Origin: a virus
Lineage: Duplodnaviria; Caudoviricetes
DNA length: 29,256 nt
Strand: one strand, 5' to 3'
IMG/VR virus record: IMGVR_UViG_3300032281_000200
Span: 1-29,256 of that record
In this document: positions 17,001 through 25,245 of the stretch, piece after piece
How positions within the stretch are numbered: position 1 is the stretch's first letter
Layout of the letters: each line of letters begins with the position of its first letter
Program-made: the position numbers and the translations under genes
Notes under the pieces: model-generated
Databases searched by the model: none
The model's input: only the letters and a program-made list of their open reading frames with translations
Told to the model about the DNA's origin: nothing

Positions 17001-20000
17001 ATCTGTGTATCGGCATATAGTTCTGCATCTGCTGCTATCTGGTCTGCATTCAACTTCTTTTCATAAGCATATCCAGCAGAAAGTTTTTGTAAATACTCTG
17101 TTCTTTCATCTGTTGACAGTTTTTGAAGTTTTTCCATTTTGTCTTTGTCTAACAATAGTGCATCAAACAGCGCCTTGTCTTCTGGGTTAACTTCTCCTGC
17201 TTTTTTAACAAAGTCTTTAGCAGTTCCTTGTTTACCTCCATTTTTCTTTTCTTCTGCCTGTGTATCTTTATTTAATTTTTCTAAAAGTCCTTGACGGCGT
17301 TCGATCTCTTCTAATATTTGAGGTCCACCCTTTAAGAGCAGTTCCATATCAATAGTCAATCCATCAAGTGCTTGAAGATTCTTAAGGGTTTCCATATTCT
17401 GATCAAACTGTGGACCCTTTTCCAACTGAACCATATACTTAACTAATTTAGTTGCAGTTGCCTTACTCTTAAACCCTGCAAACATATTAAATAATTCTTT
17501 AGTTTTTGCACTGCCTCTTTCGGTAAGAGACAAAGTTAGAAGTTGATTTAGTTGACCGAGTTTTCCAGCAAACATTTTTGTGTATGACATTGCTTCGTCT
17601 GGGCTAAGAACCTTGCCACCAACAAGCATTTGAAGTTTTGCCTGGAACTGCTGTGCTGCTTTTGGTGAAGCAAGTCCATTTGTTGTGTATTGCCCATTTA
17701 CTTTGGTTGTAGCACTGTATGATCCAGTCTCAAACCCCTTTGCTTCTTTTAAGAATTTGTCTGCTGACTTTTCTTGATCTGTTCCTTTATACGCTGACTT
17801 TACTGAAGCGCTCTGTCCATCAAAGAATGCATCCTCTCGCATTGCTTGACCGCCCCAAACTGAACCACTATAAAACTTATTAAAGTCTCTTTCTGCTACA
17901 GCAATCTGGCGACCTAAGTTGACATTCATTGTCTCTGTTGCAAGAGTTGCATCAGCAGTTACCTTTTTAATTTGTTCTTCTAGTTGCAATCTCTTTTGTG
18001 CGTTAGTTGTTGATGCTAGTTCTGCTTCAAGTTTTTTCTTTTGAGTCTCATAGTGAATTTCAAGTTGATCTGCCATCATTGTTGACATTTCCAAGTTATT
18101 CATATTTAATGCAGCAAGAGCAGCGATGTCTTTTCTTTGAGACTTTCCTTCTTTACCATCTTTTTCAATCTTCTGCAGAGTCTTACCACTTCTTAGTCTT
18201 GCATTTGCAATAAGATTAAGTCTAGTATCTAATGGCTCTTTTTCTAAATTTTCTCCGTTTGGACCAAGCAGTGTTCTAATTCTTCCAGTAACCTGTAACT
18301 GAATTTTTTGATCCTTTAAAGATAAAGCAAGTGCTTGTGAAATACTTTCTGCTTGCTCTTGATCTATGACTCCGTCAGCAATTTGTGCTGCTAACTTTAG
18401 ACCAAGATCGTCTGCTGCTTTTGTGCTTCCAAATTTTTGTACATTTTCTTTATATGTTTTCTTTTCTTGTTTTCCAAGATCAGATGACATAAACTTTTTA
18501 CCAAATTTTTCTGGAACCTTGTATGACTCATTATATTGTCCGTACTGTGATCCCTGTCTTCTTCTATCCATGATTTGGGAGGCACCAACCTTGCCAGTCA
18601 TCTCTCCCATCTTTTTCATGCTATCTCTTGTAGCAGATGTTGCAAGAACAAACTTTGCTGCCTCTGCAGCCATCTTGTTAAAGTGCTGATTGAGCATGTA
18701 TGCTCCTGCACCTACTGCCATAATTCCTGCTGCTGCCCAACCTACTGGTCCCATTCCTGCAAGCATTGGAGCAAACTGTGCAACAGTAGTTGCTGCTCCT
18801 AGTGCTGCCGTTACTTGTGGTGGTGCTCCTGCCATACCTGCAACCATAGTTGCTGCACCTAATGCACCAGTTGCCTTACCAGAAACCTTTCCAACCTTTT
18901 CTCTACGCATACCACGCTTCTTCTTTTTGATTTGCTTTTCAGTCATGGTTGTTGGTTGCTTCTTGCCATCTGCGTCTAGTTCTGGATCAAATAATAGATG
19001 TCCATTCTTGTCCATCGTGTATCCTGGATTTGACTCTGTCCCGTCGCCGTACGCCTCAGCAAGTGCCTGATCTTTGGTATATCTCTTTTTACCTGTTTGG
19101 CTAAGGTCACTGCCTGCTGCAAGGGCAGCATTTTGCTGTGCTAGTTCTCCATTTAGTTGCTCTCTTAAAAACTTTTCTTGTTCTTGCAGTCTATTTATAT
19201 CTTCTTGAGACATTGCTGTGTCTATTGTGGACCCATGAATATCTCCAGTAGTCGATACAATTGCATCATTCAATGCTGCTGTTGTTACTACGTTATCTAG
19301 ATTTTCTGTTTGTGCTGGAATGATATCTCCAGTTACTGTTGCAATTTCATCTGTCTGTTCTGCAACCAAAACAGTTGAATCTGCTGTGTCATCTGTGCCT
19401 TCAACAATTCGTCTTAGGCCATCGCCTTGCTTTACTGTTCCGCTTGAAACAATTTCTCCTGATTGCGTAGTACCGTTTTCTAACTGAGTTGCTTGTATGT
19501 CTGCTTCTGCTGCTTTTATTCTTGCTTCTGCTGCTCTAACTTCTGCTTCATCAGCCAGTTTTTTAAGGTCTCTAGCATTTTCAGCAGTGTGCATATTCTT
19601 ACCCTTTTCACGGGCTGCAACTTCTTCCCATTTTGCTGCTTCAGTTCTAATCTTTGCTGCTGCAGCCTCTGCATCAGATGCTTGCTTTTCTAATTCGTTT
19701 GCTTTCTGTCTAGCAGCCTTTACTGCAGACATATCAGACATCAGTGCTTTAGGATCAACATCTACTGTCAAAGATGTATCTGTTGATTCGCTTGCTGTTG
19801 GAGTTGGAACCTTTCGAGAACCAAACTTATCCCTATAATGTCTATCGATAGACTTCTGAATTTGTCTTTGCTCTGGATCATTTTTTAAAGCATCATACTT
19901 TGCCTGATTTGCAGTATCTACCTTTGGAACTGCTGCTTCTGCAAGTTGATCTGCTTGAGACTTTACTTCTTTTGTTTTTCTTTCAAGACCAATTCTTAGT

Positions 20001-23000
20001 CCTTCTCCAATGTTTACTCCAAGCCTTTCAGTTCTTTTTGATGGAGATTTTGTTTCTGCAATTGTTTCTGCTTCTGTTAAATCATCAGATACTGTTTCAG
20101 AGAATCTTCCTAGTCCTTCTGTTGTTCTTTTCTCTGTTCCACCTGCCTGATATGTTGATCTTCCTTCATCATACTTTGGATTTGAAGCGCTAAATGCTAC
20201 GCCATCAGAGTTTTTTTCTCCTCTTGATACAGCATCTGCATTAGCAATATCTCTTTGCTCTTTGGTCATGTGAAGTCTTATTCCTGTAACAACCTCTCTT
20301 GCTTTTGCAAGAACTTGACCAAGTTCAGTATCTATACCAGCAACTTGAGTACGCACAGTCTGTTCAATAGATTGGAAGTCTGCATCTGTAAATGTTTTGC
20401 CTGGGTTGTTCTGCTTCCATTCCTGGACTGCTGATAGTAGTCGACTATCATACTCTTGAATTGCTCCAGATAATCTTTCAAAGTTTCCGCCACCAATTCT
20501 AACTGTGTCTGCCCACTTAGTAACACCAGAATCTTGAAAATCTTCAAGGAAGGCATCGACTGTTGCAACAGTGCGACCCTTTTCTCCCTTAAAGTTTTGA
20601 ATCTCTGGAGCGCCATCAGCCATTGCCTTATTTACTTGGCCTTGAAGAGCATACCCAAAACCACTAACTGGAGATGCTGTAGGCATTGAAACATTTGTTC
20701 CATTTTTTGCATTGTATGCATCAATTGCTCTTTGAATATTTAAAAGGTCTGATTGTGTTTTTTCATGTGTAATAGTTACTGTTTTAGACAATTGATCAAT
20801 TGGTACAGAGTCGGATGTTTCACCATGTGAAAACTGTCTTCCCAGTTGCTGCTTTGCTCTTGGATTGTAAAACTGGTGGACGCTTGCATCTGGTCCTGCA
20901 GTTCCTTCTTTTTTAGTTGCAGCCTTCACAGCAGCGACAGTTAATGTTTTTCCTTTTTCTTTTGCTGCGGTTGCAACAGTAGTAAATATTTCTTTTACGC
21001 TTGCTACAAGAGATCTTCTTATTTCTTCAAGGGATGCTTCGCTGGCGTCTGTTACTGTTCTTCCAGTTGCTTTTGCATATGCAAGCAAATTTTCTGCAGA
21101 AGCCTTGTTAATAAATTCTAGTTGTTTTGCCATCTCGTCAGCGACGCCTGGTTGCGATGAGCCAACTCTTGATGTCTGACTAACAAAACTTTCTTGATCT
21201 GCTGTTATAGATCTTCTTCCTTTTATAAACCCTGGAAGATCATCTCCCATTATTGCTTTTAGTAATGGTCCATATTTCTTTGACTGAGCAGTTGGAACAA
21301 TTGTCTCTCCTGGTGCAACAAGTGCAAGAATACTGTCTCCTGCAGATTCGTTACCTGGAACTTTTCCGTCTGCAAACTTTGGCAAACCAGATACTGCACC
21401 CTTTGGACCTGGAACTGCATTAAACAGTCCTGGAGAACCAGAGGCAAGCGCTCTTGCCTGAGATGCTGCATTTTGATAGGCTAAGGCTAAGGCTTCTACT
21501 GATGCCTTTTCTACATTAAATGTTGAAATCAAATCTTTATGAGATAAATGAAGCGCATGAGTCTGTGCAAGGTTTTCTGTTTCTGCCTGAGTTAGATAAT
21601 CAAACCCTCCACCAAGAACATTGTTTTGTCCGTTAAGTTTTGCAACTCCACCACGAAGCATTGCAAAGAACTTAATAAGGTTTGCAACTCCGTTAGCAAC
21701 AAGACCAACTGTCATCAATACAACGGGGGCAATTCCACCAATGACTCCAATAAATCCAACTACAAACTTTTTAGTTCCATCGCTAAGGTTATTAAACTTT
21801 TCTAAAATTCTTGCAGCAAACTGTACAATTGGAGTTACTGCTTCTAGGAATGCTTTTCCAATAGGTATAAGTTGTAACTTAAGATTTTCAAGTTGCTTTT
21901 GAAACTTTACTCCAACAGCATTTTCTACTTTACCTAATTCTCGCTCAGACAAAATTGCAAGTTCTTCAATTGATGCACCTGCTAATCCAAGCGCTCTTGC
22001 TGCTTGTGAAGAGTCTTTTGTTACGTTCTGAAATAAAGTTGATAGACGAGCAAACTGGAACTTGCCAAACATCTGCTCAATTGCTCTTGCACGGTTAAGT
22101 GGATCTAGTGTGTCAAGCGCTCTTGCAAATCCTACTACCGTTGCTTTTAGATCTCCAGCATTGGCATTAACAATACCCTTAATGTTAATTCCAAGTCCCG
22201 CTAAAAATTCACTTGCCTTCTTAGATGGGTTAATCATGGATGCAAGACCAGACTTGAGTGCGTTAGCACCTTCTGATGCGTTGATTCCACCTTCCTTCAT
22301 TGCAGTCATAAAGAATGCAAGGTCTTCTACAGATCCACCAAGTTGCTTTACAACTGGGCCAGCCTTTGGAATTGCAATTGTCAAATCTTCAATAGATAGT
22401 ACGGTCTGGTTTTCAACTGCGTTAAGATAGTTAATCTTTCCTGCAAGTTGATCTGCAGAAATACCAAAAGCATTTTGAAGAGAAATAGTTGTCTCAAGCG
22501 CTTGCTGTTGTTCTACCTGACCAAGTACTGCAAGCCTTGTTGCTTGTGCAACTTGTGCTTGTAGGTCTGAACCAGTAAGACCCATCGCAGCAGCAGATGC
22601 TGCCATTTCCATAGTGTCTTTAGCAGCAATACCAAACTTTGTATACTCTTTTGCAAGTCTTTGGATATCAGCAACAGCCTTTTCAGTATCTCCAACACTT
22701 GTTAGCATATCTCCATAAACTCTTGTAAATTTTACAGTTGCCTGTTCCATTTCTCTAAATACTTTGGCTGCAGTTGATCCAAGAATTGAAAGAGGAATGG
22801 TAAGACCAACCATTAACTGGCGACCTGCCCACTGAGTATTTTTACCGAAGTTTAGAAGTTGAGTTGAGCCTTGCTTTAGTAATTGGTTTAAAAATTGCTG
22901 TCTTTGTGCAGCCATCTGAGTTCTTGTAGCATAGTCAGCGTACTGACCGTTAACCATCTTAAGGTGCTTTGGAACAACTTGAAGAACCTTTACAAGTTCT

Positions 23001-23419
23001 CCGTTGGCATTAGTTAACTGAACATACTGTGTCTGTAGAGTTTTAACTCTATCTTTCATTGCTCTCTTTAGGACATCTTTTTCTTGTGCGAAAAGACCCT
23101 TTAAAGTTTTGCTATTCATAGTGGCAGCAGCAGCAGTATATCTAAAGTACTGCCCCATGCTTAACTTATTTTTTTCTAGGGCATCAGTAAATGCTGTGGT
23201 GCTTGAGGCAATAGTTTTCTGAGATGCAACAAACTTTCCAGTAGCATTAATTGACTGGATAAGTTGTGAGTTTAAACCCTTTTGTGCATTTGCAGCAGCA
23301 ACATTGCCTTCTGTTAAGGCTTGATTAAATTTACTAAGTCCAGCCTGAAGCCTTCTTAGTTGAGCGAGAGCATCACTAGTGTCAAAATGTATACCAATAT
23401 TAGCATTTACATCAGACAC
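14003..23419 (-). CDS. Tape measure protein (3138 aa)
   Basis: Very long Ala/Lys/Gln-rich helical ORF after the chaperones; TP901-type TMP core (about 22050-22750: ATRLAVLG...GSVEDLAFFMTAMKEGGINASEGANALKS...MFGK); hydrophobic segments; C-terminal GG...DTVPAMLSPGEFV motif; GTG start 9 nt after AGGGGTG. Confidence 0.95.
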   Translation of the reverse strand: MSDVNANIGIHFDTSDALAQLRRLQAGLSKFNQALTEGNVAAANAQKGLNSQLIQSINATGKFVASQKTIASSTTAFTDALEKNKLSMGQYFRYTAAAATMNSKTLKGLFAQEKDVLKRAMKDRVKTLQTQYVQLTNANGELVKVLQVVPKHLKMVNGQYADYATRTQMAAQRQQFLNQLLKQGSTQLLNFGKNTQWAGRQLMVGLTIPLSILGSTAAKVFREMEQATVKFTRVYGDMLTSVGDTEKAVADIQRLAKEYTKFGIAAKDTMEMAASAAAMGLTGSDLQAQVAQATRLAVLGQVEQQQALETTISLQNAFGISADQLAGKINYLNAVENQTVLSIEDLTIAIPKAGPVVKQLGGSVEDLAFFMTAMKEGGINASEGANALKSGLASMINPSKKASEFLAGLGINIKGIVNANAGDLKATVVGFARALDTLDPLNRARAIEQMFGKFQFARLSTLFQNVTKDSSQAARALGLAGASIEELAILSERELGKVENAVGVKFQKQLENLKLQLIPIGKAFLEAVTPIVQFAARILEKFNNLSDGTKKFVVGFIGVIGGIAPVVLMTVGLVANGVANLIKFFAMLRGGVAKLNGQNNVLGGGFDYLTQAETENLAQTHALHLSHKDLISTFNVEKASVEALALAYQNAASQARALASGSPGLFNAVPGPKGAVSGLPKFADGKVPGNESAGDSILALVAPGETIVPTAQSKKYGPLLKAIMGDDLPGFIKGRRSITADQESFVSQTSRVGSSQPGVADEMAKQLEFINKASAENLLAYAKATGRTVTDASEASLEEIRRSLVASVKEIFTTVATAAKEKGKTLTVAAVKAATKKEGTAGPDASVHQFYNPRAKQQLGRQFSHGETSDSVPIDQLSKTVTITHEKTQSDLLNIQRAIDAYNAKNGTNVSMPTASPVSGFGYALQGQVNKAMADGAPEIQNFKGEKGRTVATVDAFLEDFQDSGVTKWADTVRIGGGNFERLSGAIQEYDSRLLSAVQEWKQNNPGKTFTDADFQSIEQTVRTQVAGIDTELGQVLAKAREVVTGIRLHMTKEQRDIANADAVSRGEKNSDGVAFSASNPKYDEGRSTYQAGGTEKRTTEGLGRFSETVSDDLTEAETIAETKSPSKRTERLGVNIGEGLRIGLERKTKEVKSQADQLAEAAVPKVDTANQAKYDALKNDPEQRQIQKSIDRHYRDKFGSRKVPTPTASESTDTSLTVDVDPKALMSDMSAVKAARQKANELEKQASDAEAAAAKIRTEAAKWEEVAAREKGKNMHTAENARDLKKLADEAEVRAAEARIKAAEADIQATQLENGTTQSGEIVSSGTVKQGDGLRRIVEGTDDTADSTVLVAEQTDEIATVTGDIIPAQTENLDNVVTTAALNDAIVSTTGDIHGSTIDTAMSQEDINRLQEQEKFLREQLNGELAQQNAALAAGSDLSQTGKKRYTKDQALAEAYGDGTESNPGYTMDKNGHLLFDPELDADGKKQPTTMTEKQIKKKKRGMRREKVGKVSGKATGALGAATMVAGMAGAPPQVTAALGAATTVAQFAPMLAGMGPVGWAAAGIMAVGAGAYMLNQHFNKMAAEAAKFVLATSATRDSMKKMGEMTGKVGASQIMDRRRQGSQYGQYNESYKVPEKFGKKFMSSDLGKQEKKTYKENVQKFGSTKAADDLGLKLAAQIADGVIDQEQAESISQALALSLKDQKIQLQVTGRIRTLLGPNGENLEKEPLDTRLNLIANARLRSGKTLQKIEKDGKEGKSQRKDIAALAALNMNNLEMSTMMADQLEIHYETQKKKLEAELASTTNAQKRLQLEEQIKKVTADATLATETMNVNLGRQIAVAERDFNKFYSGSVWGGQAMREDAFFDGQSASVKSAYKGTDQEKSADKFLKEAKGFETGSYSATTKVNGQYTTNGLASPKAAQQFQAKLQMLVGGKVLSPDEAMSYTKMFAGKLGQLNQLLTLSLTERGSAKTKELFNMFAGFKSKATATKLVKYMVQLEKGPQFDQNMETLKNLQALDGLTIDMELLLKGGPQILEEIERRQGLLEKLNKDTQAEEKKNGGKQGTAKDFVKKAGEVNPEDKALFDALLLDKDKMEKLQKLSTDERTEYLQKLSAGYAYEKKLNADQIAADAELYADTQMYTRADLRLLDDTTQAYKDARLKLLSDYKSQSAKDRAITNLPIDIPTGIDVKTGDDDGSGTKTERDTTYDELMKRLRNVRNSALDAAGGFKELQRAIAATGSKAIANKFKGLEQQLIQMGQTSQFTDYLAGLDTKDLKKFAYTATAADVKKKKGKQKYQQVDPETGKMVTKYQKFKAGDTVLTQKGRDMEQGYKKAIIGDYNKAQLQSVTLAKQEIAARGKLLALGYDELDIQTMLADENYKTLIATGKVTEAELKTNAALTKQARIRNQINGAVAGQKDLQKTTDNQKRIPEVVKMMQDGGMSAEAIRAAISDPAMLDTLINGMDNFATLAKDAQDEFNHLLSQIQDIPERKIIEIVFTQTREEKIINAATAAAEMFDAYKMIDENTLTNSQGNTFAGLQVMMEDLGNQSKIAQNAINLTQSKIDDMQKDVDADQRKIETDFTRPIEKKQREIENLTRKAEINFTRPIQALQERSSVLSHDLDVMNKAAEAINEKYDKQQEALTKVAEINQQIISQQQQQLGLADALSQGDISAAAKAVQDMRASNAANYATSAQDALQKSRENEVGNLRGGVSGKTQKEIEKEQWDISQKVYDLELKKAAVDKEILAIQDSIYTLEQSRQVALDAIQVKTDAIAKLTFGTLLDEQNALKAIQDKILPLQSQSDLLAAQITANDRNRIIQGQTRAEWDLTLKAAQAAEKLAKGDLALALAGINSVSGAVKGAWDSIKSSYDAIKDKSITITQHIVTTYGTALGLPDPNAGSPDPNAGKTDPNAGKTDTTTKSPGKAWISDGKGGWKKPTKPVGDYGWSDTNGWVKGYAGEDTKGSTDSASEINLRAAALLATSKAAAEKAERDLAAKQADYDSLMAGVARLRADGDHGLASAAMNRITAKYPGGRPTKLAKGGLIDPTKFLAGGFSVGRDTVPAMLSPGEFVMSKYAVDSYGTETMKGINSGSQKLGSVYNYDLTVNVRSDANANEIANTVMSKIRQIDSMKLRGNNL
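14670..14737. repeat. 21-bp tandem repeat, about 3.2 copies, in frame within the TMP
   Basis: tctgtctttcctgcatttgga x2, then tctggactacctgcatttgga, then tctgg; encodes PDPNAGS-PDPNAGK-TDPNAGK-TD. Confidence 0.95.
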
Positions 23420-23445
23420 TATTCATGACACCCCTATTCATTTTT

Positions 23446-23757
23446 TTATTTTGATGTAAGCAATGCTGTAGGATCTGTAAGTTGAATACCAGAGGCTGCA
23501 TCGATTACTGCGTATACTGTTGGCAAGTCGATATTATCTTCTAGTGCCTCACGAGTAACTTCTTCCTTTAAATATTGCTTAAATGCAATTTCTACACAAT
23601 CCAAAAGTACGTTCATTGACTCGTCATTATTGTCTGATACATCTGAGAGTTCTTGAAATCTTTTCATAAAAGGCTTAAGCAAAGAAATCTTTAGTGGTCT
23701 AACATCAACGGTTGTTCCATCAATAAGAGTGATTTGCTTAGTTGTTTTTTCTGCCAT
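23446..23757 (-). CDS. Tail assembly chaperone, short (G-like) paralog (103 aa; start revised to ATG 23757)
   Basis: Immediately upstream of the TMP; ITLIDGTTVDVRPLKI...LEDNIDLPTVYAVIDAASGI; GGAGG-aaaaa-ATG. Confidence 0.8.
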   Translation of the reverse strand: MAEKTTKQITLIDGTTVDVRPLKISLLKPFMKRFQELSDVSDNNDESMNVLLDCVEIAFKQYLKEEVTREALEDNIDLPTVYAVIDAASGIQLTDPTALLTSK

Positions 23758-23784
23758 TTTTTCCTCCAATAGGTTTGTTAGTTA

Positions 23785-23793
23785 ATTATACCA
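23785..23793 (-). promoter_or_regulatory. Putative extended -10 promoter TGgTATAAT
   Basis: Perfect TGnTATAAT in the 52-nt gap between the two chaperone genes, followed by a short leader with GGAGG. Confidence 0.75.
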
Positions 23794-23809
23794 TAGCGAC
23801 AGGCTTATT

Positions 23810-24493
23810 TTAGTCTATTTTCTCGTAGTCTAAGCCCATACCAATACCAAATCCAGCACTACTTGCATTTTGACCTTGAAGGGCAAGTATGTCTCTTGAG
23901 TCATTTGCCTGCCCACGACTAAATACCCTAGCCTTCATGTCTTCCCAAGCATTACTTTTGTTTGCATTTTTATCTAAGTCTACGCCTTGCATTGCTGCTA
24001 GAAATTTTTTGGTAGAATAATCTTCTTCTCTTTTTACATTTAGTATTGCAGTTATCTCTTGCATTGATAAAGATCTTTCTAGTTCATCATAATCTTTCCA
24101 AATGCCCAGCAAAAAAACCTCTGATTCTAGTTTTGCTAAATCAAGATCTTCCCAAGTTGCTCCAGACTTAATTGCCTGACTCTTTACTCCTTCATCAGAC
24201 TTTTCATCTACTTTGATTCCTGCAGCATAGTCTAGTAGTCTATATATGTTTTTTAAATCTATTGCGTCTTCAAAGTCTTCAATAGAGTTTGAAATACTTG
24301 GCATATATTGTTTCATGCAGTTCATCCCGCAGACAGCAAGAGCAGATATAGCCTCTATGTCACCCTGTGCTGAGCGCACACCTTCAAAGTCATCCATAAA
24401 CCTTCTTAGGTATTTAATCTTAAGCGGAGATATTTCTACCTCTGTTCCGTCAACTAAATAAATAATTCCAGTTTTATATATTTCTGTAGCCAT
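23810..24493 (-). CDS. Tail assembly chaperone, long (G-T-like fusion) paralog (227 aa; start revised to ATG 24493)
   Basis: The N-terminal ~100 aa align with the short chaperone; the C-terminal half (WEDLDLAKLESEVFLLGIWKDYDELERSLSMQEI...) is additional. The track start at 24523 falls inside a terminator hairpin. Confidence 0.8.
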   Translation of the reverse strand: MATEIYKTGIIYLVDGTEVEISPLKIKYLRRFMDDFEGVRSAQGDIEAISALAVCGMNCMKQYMPSISNSIEDFEDAIDLKNIYRLLDYAAGIKVDEKSDEGVKSQAIKSGATWEDLDLAKLESEVFLLGIWKDYDELERSLSMQEITAILNVKREEDYSTKKFLAAMQGVDLDKNANKSNAWEDMKARVFSRGQANDSRDILALQGQNASSAGFGIGMGLDYEKID

Positions 24494-24499
24494 TATATA

Positions 24500-24508
24500 A
24501 GTATACCA
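24500..24508 (-). promoter_or_regulatory. Putative extended -10 promoter TGgTATACT, leaderless
   Basis: TGGTATACT-tatata-ATG(24493): a 6-nt spacer puts the expected start site on the A of ATG; no Shine-Dalgarno sequence. Confidence 0.72.
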
Positions 24509-24544
24509 AACAGAAAGGCCCAACCCCGAAGGGTTGAGCCTCTC
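24508..24544 (-). terminator. Intrinsic terminator after the major tail gene
   Basis: GAGAGGCTCAACCC-TTCG-GGGTTGGGCCTTTC-TGTTT: GC-rich stem with a C(UUCG)G tetraloop and U-rich tail, 15 nt after the stop. Confidence 0.88.
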
Positions 24545-24559
24545 ATATATTAAGTTGTA

Positions 24560-25177
24560 TTATGCTGCGCCGACTGTGCGGTCTACGATCTTACCGTATG
24601 ATCCGTTGTCGTTTGGAAGAAGACGGAATGATACTTCGAACATTGTCGCTTCGTCACGCTTTGCTGATACTGATACGCTCTCGATTGAAAGTGCACGGTA
24701 TGCAACGTAGACACGCTCGATATTCTCGGTTGCGTCTCCAGTTCCTGGTCCAACTGCAATCAAACCACGCTCTACTGGTACATCGCCAATATCGCCTGCT
24801 GAAAGATTAAGTGTTGGGTTGCTTGAAACTGTTGTTAGATCTTCGTCCTTACCTGCAAGGGCAAATAGAAGGTTCTCTAGTGTTGATTCTGCGAATGTAG
24901 TATTTAGGTTTACTTGCATGCCTTGCTTAAATAACTTAGCAACGTCAAGTACCTGGTCTACTGCTACTTCGCCGAAATCTGGCTGGAATTGTATTTCCAA
25001 ACCATTCATTGTATATCCAACGTTACGGAAGTCAGAATCTGCTGTAAGGGTATCCTTATATGAAGTTCCTGCTACGAACGCTGGTCGATCTGCGTCTGCA
25101 AGTGCGCCTGCTTCGTATGTGAAGAGTGCTGCTGCTCCAACGATAATATCGTTAGAACTACCACGTGTATATGCCAT
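24560..25177 (-). CDS. Major tail (tube) protein (205 aa; start revised to ATG 25177)
   Basis: IIVGAAALF...NVGYTMNGLEIQFQPDFGEVAVDQ...TTFAESTLENL...FEVSFRLLP fits siphophage tube proteins; strong RBS AGAGGTGA; followed by a terminator and chaperones. Confidence 0.9.
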   Translation of the reverse strand: MAYTRGSSNDIIVGAAALFTYEAGALADADRPAFVAGTSYKDTLTADSDFRNVGYTMNGLEIQFQPDFGEVAVDQVLDVAKLFKQGMQVNLNTTFAESTLENLLFALAGKDEDLTTVSSNPTLNLSAGDIGDVPVERGLIAVGPGTGDATENIERVYVAYRALSIESVSVSAKRDEATMFEVSFRLLPNDNGSYGKIVDRTVGAA

Positions 25178-25230
25178 GTATTTCACCTCTTTTTTCTTTT
25201 TTAGATTAAAGGGCTTGTTTCCTCACCTTA

Positions 25231-25239
25231 ATTATACAA
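25231..25239 (-). promoter_or_regulatory. Putative -10 promoter (ttgTATAAT) for the major tail gene
   Basis: Perfect TATAAT 9 nt after the upstream stop, with an A-rich leader and RBS downstream. Confidence 0.65.
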
Positions 25240-25245
25240 CCCTTT

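Noticed and set aside
23419-23455. Frameshift or read-through from the short chaperone into the TMP at the A-run TCA AAA TAA AAA AAT
   Set aside because: The TMP frame is closed by TGA two codons before its GTG, and all three frames meet a stop within a few codons.
23806-23820. TAGACT as a -35 box for the 23785 promoter (MerR-type long spacer)
   Set aside because: The spacer would be 21 nt, there is no dyad in it, and the other promoters show no equivalent.
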